45,344 nucleotides of DNA from an uncultured bacterium (GCA_964387445.1 CAYLXG010000002.1:1-45344); one strand, 5' to 3'; numbered from the stretch's first letter, positions 9,178 through 17,647 are shown. Notes: a model not told the origin generated them from the letters alone. Numbers and translations are program-made.

Positions 9178-9519
9178 TCAGCCCTTCAGGCTTTCTATGG
9201 CTTCCTGCTCGTTTGTGAAGGTCTCGAAGATGGTTATGAGCTTGGTTATTATGAAAAGCTCGTGGATCTTCTTGGTGGCGTTGAGGATGGCCATCTTCCC
9301 GCCGATCCTGGATATTGAGGTGTGTCCGCTGACCAGTACGCCGAGACCTGAACTGTCCATCCAGCTGACTCCGCCGAGGTCAAGGAGCACATTCCCGGTC
9401 TCGTTGTTTACCGCAGTCTGAAAAACGGTTTTCAGTTCCATGAGATCGGGTCCGCTGATGACCTTTCCATGAAGCCTTATCACTTTCACGCCGTCTTTCA
9501 TTTCCTCTTTGATTTTCAC
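9178..9519 (-). CDS. STAS-domain anti-sigma-factor antagonist (RsbV/SpoIIAA-like)
   Basis: 113 aa. LDLGGVSWMDSSGLGVLV contains the conserved phosphorylatable Ser (DSSG). GTG start, preceded by AGGAGG at 6 nt. Confidence 0.8.
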   Translation of the reverse strand: MKIKEEMKDGVKVIRLHGKVISGPDLMELKTVFQTAVNNETGNVLLDLGGVSWMDSSGLGVLVSGHTSISRIGGKMAILNATKKIHELFIITKLITIFETFTNEQEAIESLKG

Positions 9520-9601
9520 TGTTGCCCTCCTGTAAGAGATCGGTTACGGTGATCCGTCATAAAACATAACACATGAAGAATAGATAAATCCTGCCCCGAT
9601 G

Positions 9602-10609
9602 TCACGAGCAGAGAACATAATCCTTCATGTTCTCCAGCCCAAAGCCCTGGAGGTACTCTCTGATGCTCTCCCGGGAGCCGTGTTCCCTGGAAGCGGTCAG
9701 AACGGGGATCCCGCGAACCGGTTCCCAGTCTCCAGCGCCGATAACGGGTCTTCCGCGGATGGTCCTTTTCCCGGGATCGTTCAGAGGGGAGATGTAGCCC
9801 TCGATGACAACACCCTCCCTTGCAAGACACCCTGACAGACGCCTGGCGCACTGTCCCGTTCCAGCTATGAAGGCCCTTCCAGCGGGCAGTATTCCGGAAC
9901 GGGCAAGGTATCGGGCCTTGAGACGGTAGAACGAGGTAAGGGAATACACCGGGGAGACCCTGCTGAGCCGATCCCTCCCCTCCCTCCAGCCCAGGAGCAC
10001 CCTGGGCACCCTGGCGAACCCGAACCCTCTGCTCCAGAGCCTCAGCCAGAGTTCGTAGTCCTCGGGCATGCCGCTCTCCAGGTAGCCTCCCTCTCCGATG
10101 ACCGACGCCCTGTGAAAGAATGCCGATGGATGGGGTACGGGACTCTCCACGAATATCTCTCCCCTGATCTCCCGGTCGGTCACCAGGGAGTTGATCCAGT
10201 TCTCGTAGCTGCGGTAGCCGCTGGAGACAAGGGAAGACGGGAAGCTCCTCACCCTGCAGGAGACCACGGTCCTCTCTCCCAGCCTCTCCGCAAGGGCAAG
10301 CTGCATCCCAAGCCTGTTACGGTGACAGATGTCATCGCTGTCGAACCTTGCGATCCACCTGCCCCTGGAGGCGGAAAGGCCCAGGTTCAGCGCGTCCACC
10401 AGGCTTCCTTCACAGGCGATGCTGCGGAATCTGGGATCCGAAGCGGAATAATCCTTCGCTATCGAGGAGGAATCATCGGTGGAGCAGTTCTCCACCATGA
10501 CCACCTCGAAGTCCCTGAAGGTCTGCCGGGAAAGCGACTCCAGGGCCCGTGAAAAAAACAGGGAGCTGTTCCGGTAGGGCACCACAACGGAAATTGCAGG
10601 GGAACCCAC
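9602..10609 (-). CDS. family 2 glycosyltransferase with an extra C-terminal Rossmann-like region
   Basis: ISVVVPYRNSSLFFSRALESLSRQTFRDFEVVMVENCSTDDS is a classic GT2 N-terminus, and DSDD is present. The track ORF extends to 10774, but that part overlaps the thioredoxin gene. GTG at 10609 sits directly after that gene's TGA, so the start is uncertain. Confidence 0.72.
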   Translation of the reverse strand: MGSPAISVVVPYRNSSLFFSRALESLSRQTFRDFEVVMVENCSTDDSSSIAKDYSASDPRFRSIACEGSLVDALNLGLSASRGRWIARFDSDDICHRNRLGMQLALAERLGERTVVSCRVRSFPSSLVSSGYRSYENWINSLVTDREIRGEIFVESPVPHPSAFFHRASVIGEGGYLESGMPEDYELWLRLWSRGFGFARVPRVLLGWREGRDRLSRVSPVYSLTSFYRLKARYLARSGILPAGRAFIAGTGQCARRLSGCLAREGVVIEGYISPLNDPGKRTIRGRPVIGAGDWEPVRGIPVLTASREHGSRESIREYLQGFGLENMKDYVLCS

Positions 10610-10610
10610 C

Positions 10611-11396
10611 TCAGAGCATGTTCTCGAAGGCCGCTCGGAGCTCTTCCGGGGTTCCCACCGGAGGCATGCAGGCCCCGCCTGCGCACAGCTGCGCATAGGG
10701 CCAGCCTTCCATGGGCAGGTAGGCCTCCACCATCCGCAGGGAATCCTCCGGGATCGAAGGGTCCAGGAAGTCATATCCCCCGGGACCGGCTATCTCCTCC
10801 GAAGCCTCCAGAAGGGCTGTCACGGCGGGATCGTCACCGCTGCCCACAACGTAGACATGCACCTCGAACTCCTCCTCAGCTTCCGCTGTTCCTCCGGAAG
10901 AGGCACCCTCGACCGCCGACAGGAACCATTCGTAGTTCCGGGCGCCAATGGCCCTGGCAGTCTCAGAACCGCCGCCGTCGAGGACAACGGTTACCGGCAG
11001 AACGTCGGGAAGACGGTATCTGGAGGCAATGGAATCCGCATCGGAGGGGTTCAGCCAGACAACGTCTATGCCTATGGGATTGCCCTCCCTGAAGGATTCC
11101 AGTGTGGACAGGTCCGGGTCGCCGATGTCAACGGCGAGGAACACGGCATGTTCTCCCACGGTGTTCGCCACCTCCTGAAGAACCGGTAGTTCCCTCACGC
11201 AGGGGCCGCACCATGTAGCCCAGAAGTTCAGCAGCACAGGTCTGCCCCGGGAGGCGGAAAGAATGCTGTCCAGGGACCCAATGCCCGAGAGAAGGGCTCC
11301 GTTATCACCGGACGGGCCATGGGAATGGTGGGAAAGGAGGACCACCGGCAAAGGCACCATCAGCAGGAGGACCAGCGGGATCCAGAGCGCCTTCAT
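10611..11396 (-). CDS. membrane-anchored TlpA/ResA-like thiol:disulfide oxidoreductase with an extra C-terminal domain
   Basis: Start taken at MKALWIPLVLLLMVPLPVVLL (signal/anchor), whose ATG overlaps the upstream stop as ATGA. LLNFWATWCGPCVRELP is the thioredoxin WCGPC active site. About 85 further residues contain LCAGGAC. Confidence 0.8.
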   Translation of the reverse strand: MKALWIPLVLLLMVPLPVVLLSHHSHGPSGDNGALLSGIGSLDSILSASRGRPVLLNFWATWCGPCVRELPVLQEVANTVGEHAVFLAVDIGDPDLSTLESFREGNPIGIDVVWLNPSDADSIASRYRLPDVLPVTVVLDGGGSETARAIGARNYEWFLSAVEGASSGGTAEAEEEFEVHVYVVGSGDDPAVTALLEASEEIAGPGGYDFLDPSIPEDSLRMVEAYLPMEGWPYAQLCAGGACMPPVGTPEELRAAFENML

Positions 11397-12277
11397 GCCC
11401 TCTCTCCGCCAGCGGTATGCGAGATGGCCCCCACGGGACAGATCGCCGAGCATCTTCCGCAGCGTATGCACTCCGCGGAATCGGGCTTCCTGTAAATGGC
11501 TATGCCCATGGGGCAGACTTTTTCGCACTTCCCGCAGGAAATGCAGCTTTTCGAAACCCTCATCCTGAAGAGCGATACCCTGCCCATCAGGCCCCAGGCT
11601 GCACCCAGGGGACAGAGAGCCCTGCAGAAAGGTCTTTCCACGGTAACCGCCCAGAGCAGTATCAGTATAGCAAGGGAGCTCTTCCACCAGAAGAGGAATC
11701 CCAGCTGGAAGTCAGCGGGGGATGCCGAGACCAGGGGCCATCCCGCAAGGGAGGTCCCCGCGGGACAGACTATCTTGCAGAACCACGGGTCCCCGGCTCC
11801 TCCGGCAACCGGTCTCAGAAAGGCGGGAAGGGCCAGAACCAGGATGAAAAGCAGGGCGTACTTCGCAGGCCGAAGTGAATCCTGAAAGCCGAACTTCGGC
11901 GAGGGGATCCTGTACAGAAGGTCCTGAACAAGGCCGAAGGGGCAGATCCAGCCGCAGGCGAACCTGCCGGCGAGGAATCCGAAAAAGGCGATGAAACCGA
12001 TAACGGCCAGCACCACCAGGGCGTCGGGTCTTCCGGTGGCGAGCATGCCCCAGAAGCCGGGGGCGGCCATCAGCGACTGAAGGCTGCCCAAGGGACACGC
12101 CAGGATGCTGGAGGGGCAGCTGTAGCAGTGAAGTCCGGGGATGAAGAATGCCTTCGAACCCCCTGTGTATATGGTGCCGTCCACCCAGCCCGACAGATGG
12201 AGATTGGTGGCCAGCAGCGCAGAGAACTGCACAGCCCTTCTTACGAGGCCCTGGTTCCTCAGCCTATTCCTATGCAT
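11393..12277 (-). CDS. NapH/MauN-like integral-membrane polyferredoxin (4Fe-4S binding protein)
   Basis: Start at MHRNRL...RRAVQFSAL. The upstream part of the track ORF runs through tRNA-Cys. Four membrane-proximal C-x3-CP motifs (CPSSILACPLG, CGWICPFG, CKIVCPAG, CRALCPLG) precede two C-terminal CxxCxxCxxxCP clusters (CISCGKCEKVCP, CIRCGRCSAICP). Confidence 0.75.
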   Translation of the reverse strand: MHRNRLRNQGLVRRAVQFSALLATNLHLSGWVDGTIYTGGSKAFFIPGLHCYSCPSSILACPLGSLQSLMAAPGFWGMLATGRPDALVVLAVIGFIAFFGFLAGRFACGWICPFGLVQDLLYRIPSPKFGFQDSLRPAKYALLFILVLALPAFLRPVAGGAGDPWFCKIVCPAGTSLAGWPLVSASPADFQLGFLFWWKSSLAILILLWAVTVERPFCRALCPLGAAWGLMGRVSLFRMRVSKSCISCGKCEKVCPMGIAIYRKPDSAECIRCGRCSAICPVGAISHTAGGERA

Positions 12278-12386
12278 TCCAGACAGATGTTCACAGCTTT
12301 GGCCAGAACGGCCCTGGAGTCTCCGAACAGATACCCTGCGGCCATCGCCAGCAGAGCAAGGATTGGAAGAATGATCCTGGGAAATA

Positions 12387-12461
12387 TGGAGGCGGCGACC
12401 AGATTCGAACTGGTGAATGGTGGATTTGCAGTCCACTGCCTTCCCACTTGGCTACGCCGCC
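12387..12461 (-). tRNA. tRNA-Cys (anticodon GCA), CCA encoded
   Basis: The reverse complement folds by hand into a cloverleaf: GGCGGCG-TA-GCCAAGTGGGAAGGC-A-GTGGA-CTGCAAA-TCCAC-CATTC-ACCAG-TTCGAAT-CTGGT-CGCCGCC-T-CCA. It has a 7-bp acceptor stem, a TTCGAAT T-loop, the U73 discriminator expected for Cys, and anticodon GCA. Confidence 0.93.
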
Positions 12462-12489
12462 CTTTCAAGTCACTGTTCATCGGAGGGCA

Positions 12490-12518
12490 ATAATAACACC
12501 CGCTCCCGGGCAAATCAA
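12490..12518 (-). promoter_or_regulatory. candidate sigma70-type promoter for tRNA-Cys
   Basis: The minus strand reads TTGATT-N17-TATTAT, about 29 nt upstream of the tRNA 5' end. The -35 element overlaps the stop codon of the upstream lipoprotein gene. Confidence 0.35.
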
Positions 12519-13153
12519 GAGCCGTCGGTCCAGTCCAGCCCGACCCAGAACCCATCCTCCCAGGTCATGTCCCCCAGGGGGGTCTCGATGGTGGGAACCG
12601 CGAACATCTGGAGGCGGCCGAGATGGTCTTCGTCCCTGATGTTGCCGTCTATCCCCCCAACCGCAAGGGCAAGGTCGATCACAGCGGCGGGTCCCAGGAG
12701 CTCGAACACCTGGAAGCCGTCGAAGGATATCCCCAGGTCCAGAACGGCTATCGTCCCGTCGTCCCCTATCCCGAACTCGCCGGAAAAGAGACCCTCCGCC
12801 ACCTGAACGGTATCTTCGTCCTCTCCCTCGATGGTGTCCATGAACAGGTCGTAGTCCAGGGAGGTGAGGGTTATCGTGATCTTCGGCAGACCGCTTTCCC
12901 CGGTATTGGGATTCTTTATTCCAAGGCCCATGTTGAAGTCCATTGGGCACTGACCCTGCAGCCAGTAAGAGGCAATGGTGGCTGCCTGGCCAACCGAAAG
13001 GCTGCCGAGCTCTGAAATGTCGATCCCGCAGATCGCGAACTCTGACGTGTTCTCTATCCTGAACTGGGCATCCAGGAAGGAGAGCACATCGGTAACCCCG
13101 CATCCTGTGGAAAGCAGTACTGCACCCATGACCACAGCTGTAAGTTTATTCAT
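12515..13153 (-). CDS. lipoprotein, possibly LEA_2/WHy-like fold
   Basis: Start at MNKLTAVVMGAVLLSTGC (lipobox L-S-T-G-C). GLGIKNPN and ITITLTSLDYDLFMD resemble the NPN / paired-strand pattern of LEA14-like (LEA_2) domains. Acidic and Gly-rich. Confidence 0.55.
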   Translation of the reverse strand: MNKLTAVVMGAVLLSTGCGVTDVLSFLDAQFRIENTSEFAICGIDISELGSLSVGQAATIASYWLQGQCPMDFNMGLGIKNPNTGESGLPKITITLTSLDYDLFMDTIEGEDEDTVQVAEGLFSGEFGIGDDGTIAVLDLGISFDGFQVFELLGPAAVIDLALAVGGIDGNIRDEDHLGRLQMFAVPTIETPLGDMTWEDGFWVGLDWTDGS

Positions 13154-13787
13154 GACCACCCAGCCTTTCCCTGACCAGTTCCGCTGTTTCCGGAGGAGCA
13201 ACGGAGGTGTAGACCTTCAAGGCGGAAAGATAACGGGGAGAATCGCTCTCCAGCCGGAAAAGCTCCAGGCCCAGCAGGTTCAGGGATATGTCCCCGGCCA
13301 TCTCGAAGGCCTCCAGCGTACCAAGCTCAGCGGCTGAAACGACGAACAGCTCGCAGAGCCCTCCGGCATCCGGCATCGAGCCCGGGTACATTATCTCCAT
13401 GGCCCTGAAATGCGCCTCCTGGAACTCGCCCTCCTCCAGGAGGGACTCCACCTCAGAGGCAATGGAGCCGTAGTAGTCGCTTTCTCCCTCCTGAAAAAGG
13501 GCAAGGCTCCAGTCGGCCCCGACGGCGTACCACGCATAGGTGTACTCCGCCGTGTAGGGCAGCTGGGATATGACCTCGAGAGTGGAATCCGCCTGTTCGT
13601 ACATGGCGAATGTCTTGGCGGGGTTGAAGAACAGTGGGTACGGCACCCATCCGGAGAGCATATCCTCACCGTCGAAGAGAGCTATCTCGTAACCGCCGTC
13701 ACCTGTCTCCATGGCCATCAGGATCCCTCCCGGCAGCCCCTCCACATCCCCAACGGGTATCTGCATAAGCAACAGCGCCAGTATCAT
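13146..13787 (-). CDS. hypothetical protein (213 aa)
   Basis: ATG at 13787 is preceded by GAAAAAGGTGGG (SD-like). I recognise no motifs. It overlaps the next gene by 8 nt. Confidence 0.45.
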   Translation of the reverse strand: MILALLLMQIPVGDVEGLPGGILMAMETGDGGYEIALFDGEDMLSGWVPYPLFFNPAKTFAMYEQADSTLEVISQLPYTAEYTYAWYAVGADWSLALFQEGESDYYGSIASEVESLLEEGEFQEAHFRAMEIMYPGSMPDAGGLCELFVVSAAELGTLEAFEMAGDISLNLLGLELFRLESDSPRYLSALKVYTSVAPPETAELVRERLGGHE

Positions 13788-14069
13788 CTTCCCACCTTTT
13801 TCGTAAAGTGCTTTAAATCTTAGCCCGGAAGACGGAACGTGTTCCACCCTTTCCGGTCATCGGATCCATGGCTGAATATAGATGAAATCAGCTGAGAACG
13901 ACGAAGGGCGGGCTGTTGCGTGAAAGCAGAACCCCGCTCCAATTTTTTTGGCACTGTACTTAATGAAAAACGAAGAGCGGGCTGTTGCGCGAAAGCACTC
14001 CCCGCTCCAATTTTTTTGTCACTGTACTTCATGAAAAACGAAGAGCGGGTAAGTGAGCGACAGCACACT

Positions 14070-14176
<107 letters not shown>

Positions 14177-14193
14177 TCCGATTTTGCGTGGCC

Positions 14194-14224
14194 CGTATAT
14201 GCAAAACACCGGATTCCGTGTCAA
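14194..14224 (-). promoter_or_regulatory. candidate sigma70-type promoter for tRNA-Gly
   Basis: The minus strand has TTGACA (14224-14219), then CATATA at 17 nt or TATACG at 19 nt, roughly 20 nt upstream of the tRNA 5' end. Confidence 0.3.
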
Positions 14225-14257
14225 GGCTGATGGCTCACTGAACCGCAACTGATTCCC

Positions 14258-14941
14258 ATGAAACGCATTAGGTATTTACTACCGCTTCAGGCGATAAATA
14301 CACCATTGCACCCCTGTCAACTTTTTCTTATCTATGGAACCCGGGACGGGTTACAGGAAAAGGGGTCAGCCATCAATACCGATGCCGTGGAAAGGATCCT
14401 GCAGAGAGTCTGGGCCTTCATTGCAGCCGAAGAATGGGGCAAGGCCGAGGACCTGCTGGACAAGCTCATCACAGCAAAGCCGTGGGACAGGAAGCTGCTC
14501 CTGAACAAGGCCCATCTTCGCAAGAAGATGTGGCTTGCGTCAGGCTGCGAGGACTACGAGCTTCTCAGGGAAGCTACGCACCTCTTCTCCAGATGCCATC
14601 TCCTCACGGGAAGCCCCGAGGCGGGAATAAACACCGCAACTCTGATGCTGATAGCCGGGAATGAGGAAGAGGCGTACCTGAAGGCCGCTGAAACCGCCGC
14701 CCACTGCAGGTCCATGATGATGGACGCTGAGAGCGAACCGGACGGCTACCTCCTGGCGGTGATGGGGGAAGCCAACCTCATACGGGGAAGACTGGAGGCC
14801 GCCGAAGCCTGGTACGACGCGGCATGTGCCCAGGACGATTCCATAGCTGAGATATTCAAGGAGAACATGAACCTTCTCATCGACCACATCGTTCCCGAGA
14901 CCAGAAGCATCCTCAAGATACGCAAATCCCTCAGGGCGTAG
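14258..14941 (+). CDS. TPR-like helical protein resembling the DUF4071 / MAP3K TRAF-binding domain
   Basis: 227-aa ORF. NKAHLRKKMW...SPEAGINTATLMLIAGNEEEA...DGYLLAVMGEANLIRGRLEAAEAWYDAA recalls the GRiYKD / GIN.A.L / W..AT..EA..LG pattern I associate with PF13281. There is no SD before 14258 and the first ~35 codons are AT-richer, so the start is uncertain. Confidence 0.5.
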   Translation: MKRIRYLLPLQAINTPLHPCQLFLIYGTRDGLQEKGSAINTDAVERILQRVWAFIAAEEWGKAEDLLDKLITAKPWDRKLLLNKAHLRKKMWLASGCEDYELLREATHLFSRCHLLTGSPEAGINTATLMLIAGNEEEAYLKAAETAAHCRSMMMDAESEPDGYLLAVMGEANLIRGRLEAAEAWYDAACAQDDSIAEIFKENMNLLIDHIVPETRSILKIRKSLRA

Positions 14942-15368
14942 TTTCCCTCTCCACGCTCCAGGCGTCCGGATAGCCGCCTCCCCTGAGAACTGATCTGAGT
15001 TCCGCCGAACTTTCGGCGGAATCGAAAGCGCCAACCCTGACCTTGTAGTAGCTCCCTATATGATCGATGAATACCGGTTCCTGTAGATCTGCCTCAAGGG
15101 ACGCCCTGAGCGACTCGGCGGATTCCATGGTGGCGCAGGCGGCCACCTGGATCGACCAACTGCCGCCTCCCGGCTCGGTTTCCTCTCCCCCTTCCGCGGG
15201 CAGTACGATGGAGGTTACCGGTCCGTATCCCGCAAATGGATCCCCGGAGTACCCCGGGGGGTCGCCGTAGGGATCGGGAACCGAATCCTCCGTTTCCCCG
15301 GAGGTGGTCGTTCCACATGACAGGAACAGAAGGAACAGGATGAACGCTGCTGGTATTCTAAACGCCAT
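14931..15368 (-). CDS. SPOR-domain lipoprotein (peptidoglycan-binding)
   Basis: MAFRIPAAFILFLLFLSCG carries the signal peptide and lipobox. The C-terminal WSIQVAACATMESAESLRASL...YYKVRVGAFDSAESSAELRSVLRGGGY matches the SPOR repeat pattern. Confidence 0.72.
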   Translation of the reverse strand: MAFRIPAAFILFLLFLSCGTTTSGETEDSVPDPYGDPPGYSGDPFAGYGPVTSIVLPAEGGEETEPGGGSWSIQVAACATMESAESLRASLEADLQEPVFIDHIGSYYKVRVGAFDSAESSAELRSVLRGGGYPDAWSVERETTP

Positions 15369-16095
15369 CGGCATACTCCACATTCTTCAGTACCAGGCCG
15401 CAGGCCGGAAGGGACTGGCCGGCGAGGCTTCTGTCCTCAGAGGCGATCACCGCGGCAACGGTTTCAGGGGGGATGGCCCCGGTTCCGATCCTGAGAAGGG
15501 TTCCCGACCATATCCTGACCACACCCCTGAGGAATCTGTCTGCTGTAATGGTAAAAGTCCACCCCCACCCGTCCTCGTCCACAGAGGCCCTGGATACATT
15601 CATGATCCACGAAGCGTTCCCGCTGCCTTCCTTGGCGAAGCCCTTCCAGGAACCTGTGCCCCGGGAGAGTTCTGCGGCCTTCACCATGGCCCCGTTATCG
15701 AGAAAACACGGTTTCGGCTGGTACTCGAAGCGCCTTCGAAAGGGGTCGCGCCTCTTCCCGACACTGTAGGTGTAGGTCCTGCTCAGGGCATCGAACCTGG
15801 CGTGGAGATCATTCCTGACCTCCTTCGCTGAAAGGAGTGCCATTGACCTTGGCAGCAGGGCGTTCAGCCCCTCTGAAACCCTGCCGAGCTCTTCACTGCT
15901 CAGGTCAACGTGGGCCGGCATGGAGGCGGCGTGAACACCGCTGTCGGTCCTTCCGGCTCCGTGTACCTGGCATCTTCTGCGGCAGAGCTTTTCCATTGCG
16001 TCCTCCAGGGTTCCCTGTACCGTTGGCAGACCCGGCTGGACCTGCCAGCCGCGAAAATCGGTGCCGTCATAGGCCAGCCTCAGCAGCACCCTCAT
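15358..16095 (-). CDS. truA: tRNA pseudouridine(38-40) synthase
   Basis: 245 aa. N-terminal LAYDGTDFRGWQVQ and the catalytic GAGRTDSGVHA motif. Confidence 0.9.
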   Translation of the reverse strand: MRVLLRLAYDGTDFRGWQVQPGLPTVQGTLEDAMEKLCRRRCQVHGAGRTDSGVHAASMPAHVDLSSEELGRVSEGLNALLPRSMALLSAKEVRNDLHARFDALSRTYTYSVGKRRDPFRRRFEYQPKPCFLDNGAMVKAAELSRGTGSWKGFAKEGSGNASWIMNVSRASVDEDGWGWTFTITADRFLRGVVRIWSGTLLRIGTGAIPPETVAAVIASEDRSLAGQSLPACGLVLKNVEYADGV

Positions 16096-16098
16096 GGT

Positions 16099-16656
16099 TC
16101 AGGCAGCTCCCGAGGCGGAAAGCAGCAAAAAACCCCAGGAGACCGCAGCTAAAGCCGAGGGCAGCATCCCCGGGCAAACCTCCTGGATTGGCAGGGGTTC
16201 AGCCTCAAGGGAATGCATCAGTGCCCCCGCAACCCTCTCGGTCAGTGGAAGCTCCGCCCCACTGGACCATCCGGCTCCCGCTGCAGCCGCGGATCCGCCC
16301 GCCTGGCGCATGGTCCGGGAAAGGAGCACCGCCGGGGGGAAAGATCCTGCCTCGCCGATCACCGAGGCAATACCTCCAGGCCCCAGCACCGAGGCGAAGT
16401 ACAACCCTGAGGAAACCGCGGCGAGCCATCTCAGGGACCTGGCTGCGGTTTCAGGTTCCCCGTGGGCGGATGCCCAGACAAGGAGGGCCAGGGGGGCGAA
16501 ACCAACTGCCAGAAGGTTCCTGAAGTAACGCCAGCGCCGCTCCGCCAGTGCTGCCAGGGGAAAAAGGGCGAAGGCCGCCAGCCACCTCTGGTGACAAAGG
16601 AAGGCCGACGCAGGAGAGGCAAGAAGGGATGCAAGAACCAGCACCCCCCGCATCAT
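16099..16656 (-). CDS. hypothetical integral membrane protein (185 aa)
   Basis: Start at MMRGVLVLASLL, whose ATG overlaps the rluD stop (ATGA). Several hydrophobic helices are visible. The upstream part of the 286-aa track ORF overlaps rluD and is discarded. Confidence 0.5.
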   Translation of the reverse strand: MMRGVLVLASLLASPASAFLCHQRWLAAFALFPLAALAERRWRYFRNLLAVGFAPLALLVWASAHGEPETAARSLRWLAAVSSGLYFASVLGPGGIASVIGEAGSFPPAVLLSRTMRQAGGSAAAAGAGWSSGAELPLTERVAGALMHSLEAEPLPIQEVCPGMLPSALAAVSWGFLLLSASGAA

Positions 16657-17642
16657 GGGTCGGTTCTCCGGCAGTGGGAGGCGAGTTTCTTCTGAACGAG
16701 CCTGAACTCGATTGGCGGCGCCGAGTGGAACTCCAGTTCTTCCCCGGTTACCGGATGAATGAAACCCAGGGTCTCCGCATGGAGCATCTGGTGGGTGGCC
16801 ATGCGAACCGCGTCTGAAACGAGTTCCCGATTCTCCCTGGTGGAGGGGTAGCCCCCCGGGCTGCACCCCCCGTACTTCCTGTCGGCGATGATGGAGCACT
16901 TCTTCGACGATGACATGTGCACCCTTATCTGGTGGGTCCTGCCGGTCTCCAGCCTGCATTCTATAAGGCTTGCGAACTCGTAGGGAGCTATCACCCTGTA
17001 GTTGGTGACCGCCCTTCTGCCGCCGGGCACCACCGCCATCTTCTGCCGGTTCCTGGGGTCCCTTCCTATCGGGGCCTCTATCCTGCCCTCCTTCGGGGAG
17101 GGTATGCCCCAGCAGAGGGCCACATAACGCCTCTTCACGGTTCGCGCGGCCAGCTGAGCCGCCAGGTGGCGGTGCGTCTCGTCGCTCTTGGCTGCCATCA
17201 TCAGCCCGGTGGTATCCTTGTCCAGCCTGTGGACGATGCCGGGGCGAAGTTCCCCTGATATCCCGGAAAGGGAACCCCTGCAGTGGTAAAGGAGGGCGTT
17301 CACAAGGGTGCCGCTCCTTGTGCTGGCGGTGGGGTGAACCACCAGCCCCGCATGCTTGTCCACCACTATGAGGTGTCTGTCTTCGTAGACTATGTCCAGG
17401 GGGATGTTCTCCGGCACCAGGTCGATGGGCTCCGGGTCCGGCACCCGGACCGCCACGATCTGCCCGTTCCTGAGCCTTGTGGCCGGCTTCTCCGGGAATG
17501 CGCCGTCCACGCTTACATGACCGTTCCTGACCAGGGCGCTTATGTAGCTCCGGCTCAGCCCCAGATCGTCCTGCAGGGCGAGAAAGCTGTCAAGCCTTAT
17601 TCCGGACTCGTCCTCCTCGACCTGATACTCAGGAATGCCCAA
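16653..17642 (-). CDS. rluD: RluA-family 23S rRNA pseudouridine synthase (RluD-like)
   Basis: 329 aa with a TTG start. N-terminal S4-like region (RLDSFLA...SRSYISALVRNGHVSVDG) and the catalytic HRLDKDTTGLMMAAK motif. Confidence 0.85.
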   Translation of the reverse strand: MGIPEYQVEEDESGIRLDSFLALQDDLGLSRSYISALVRNGHVSVDGAFPEKPATRLRNGQIVAVRVPDPEPIDLVPENIPLDIVYEDRHLIVVDKHAGLVVHPTASTRSGTLVNALLYHCRGSLSGISGELRPGIVHRLDKDTTGLMMAAKSDETHRHLAAQLAARTVKRRYVALCWGIPSPKEGRIEAPIGRDPRNRQKMAVVPGGRRAVTNYRVIAPYEFASLIECRLETGRTHQIRVHMSSSKKCSIIADRKYGGCSPGGYPSTRENRELVSDAVRMATHQMLHAETLGFIHPVTGEELEFHSAPPIEFRLVQKKLASHCRRTDP

Positions 17643-17647
17643 CCAGT

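Noticed and set aside
11397-11687. 5' extensions of track ORFs (10611-11687, 16099-16959, 36018-37373, 9602-10774, 11393-12436, 31890-32495, 32502-33494, 44441-45067)
   Set aside because: The extended parts overlap the 3' ends of upstream genes or a tRNA and have junk-like composition. Internal starts with SD sequences or stop-overlapping start codons fit the domain boundaries better.
12259-12386. Small ORF in the 109-nt gap between tRNA-Cys and the NapH-like gene (..IILPILALLAMAAGYLFGDSRAVLAKAVNICLECIGIG)
   Set aside because: It looks like a TM helix, but the only canonical start (ATG) leaves a 28-aa peptide lacking most of the helix. There is no SD and third-position GC is unremarkable. 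It is kept only as a note; it may be a leader region.
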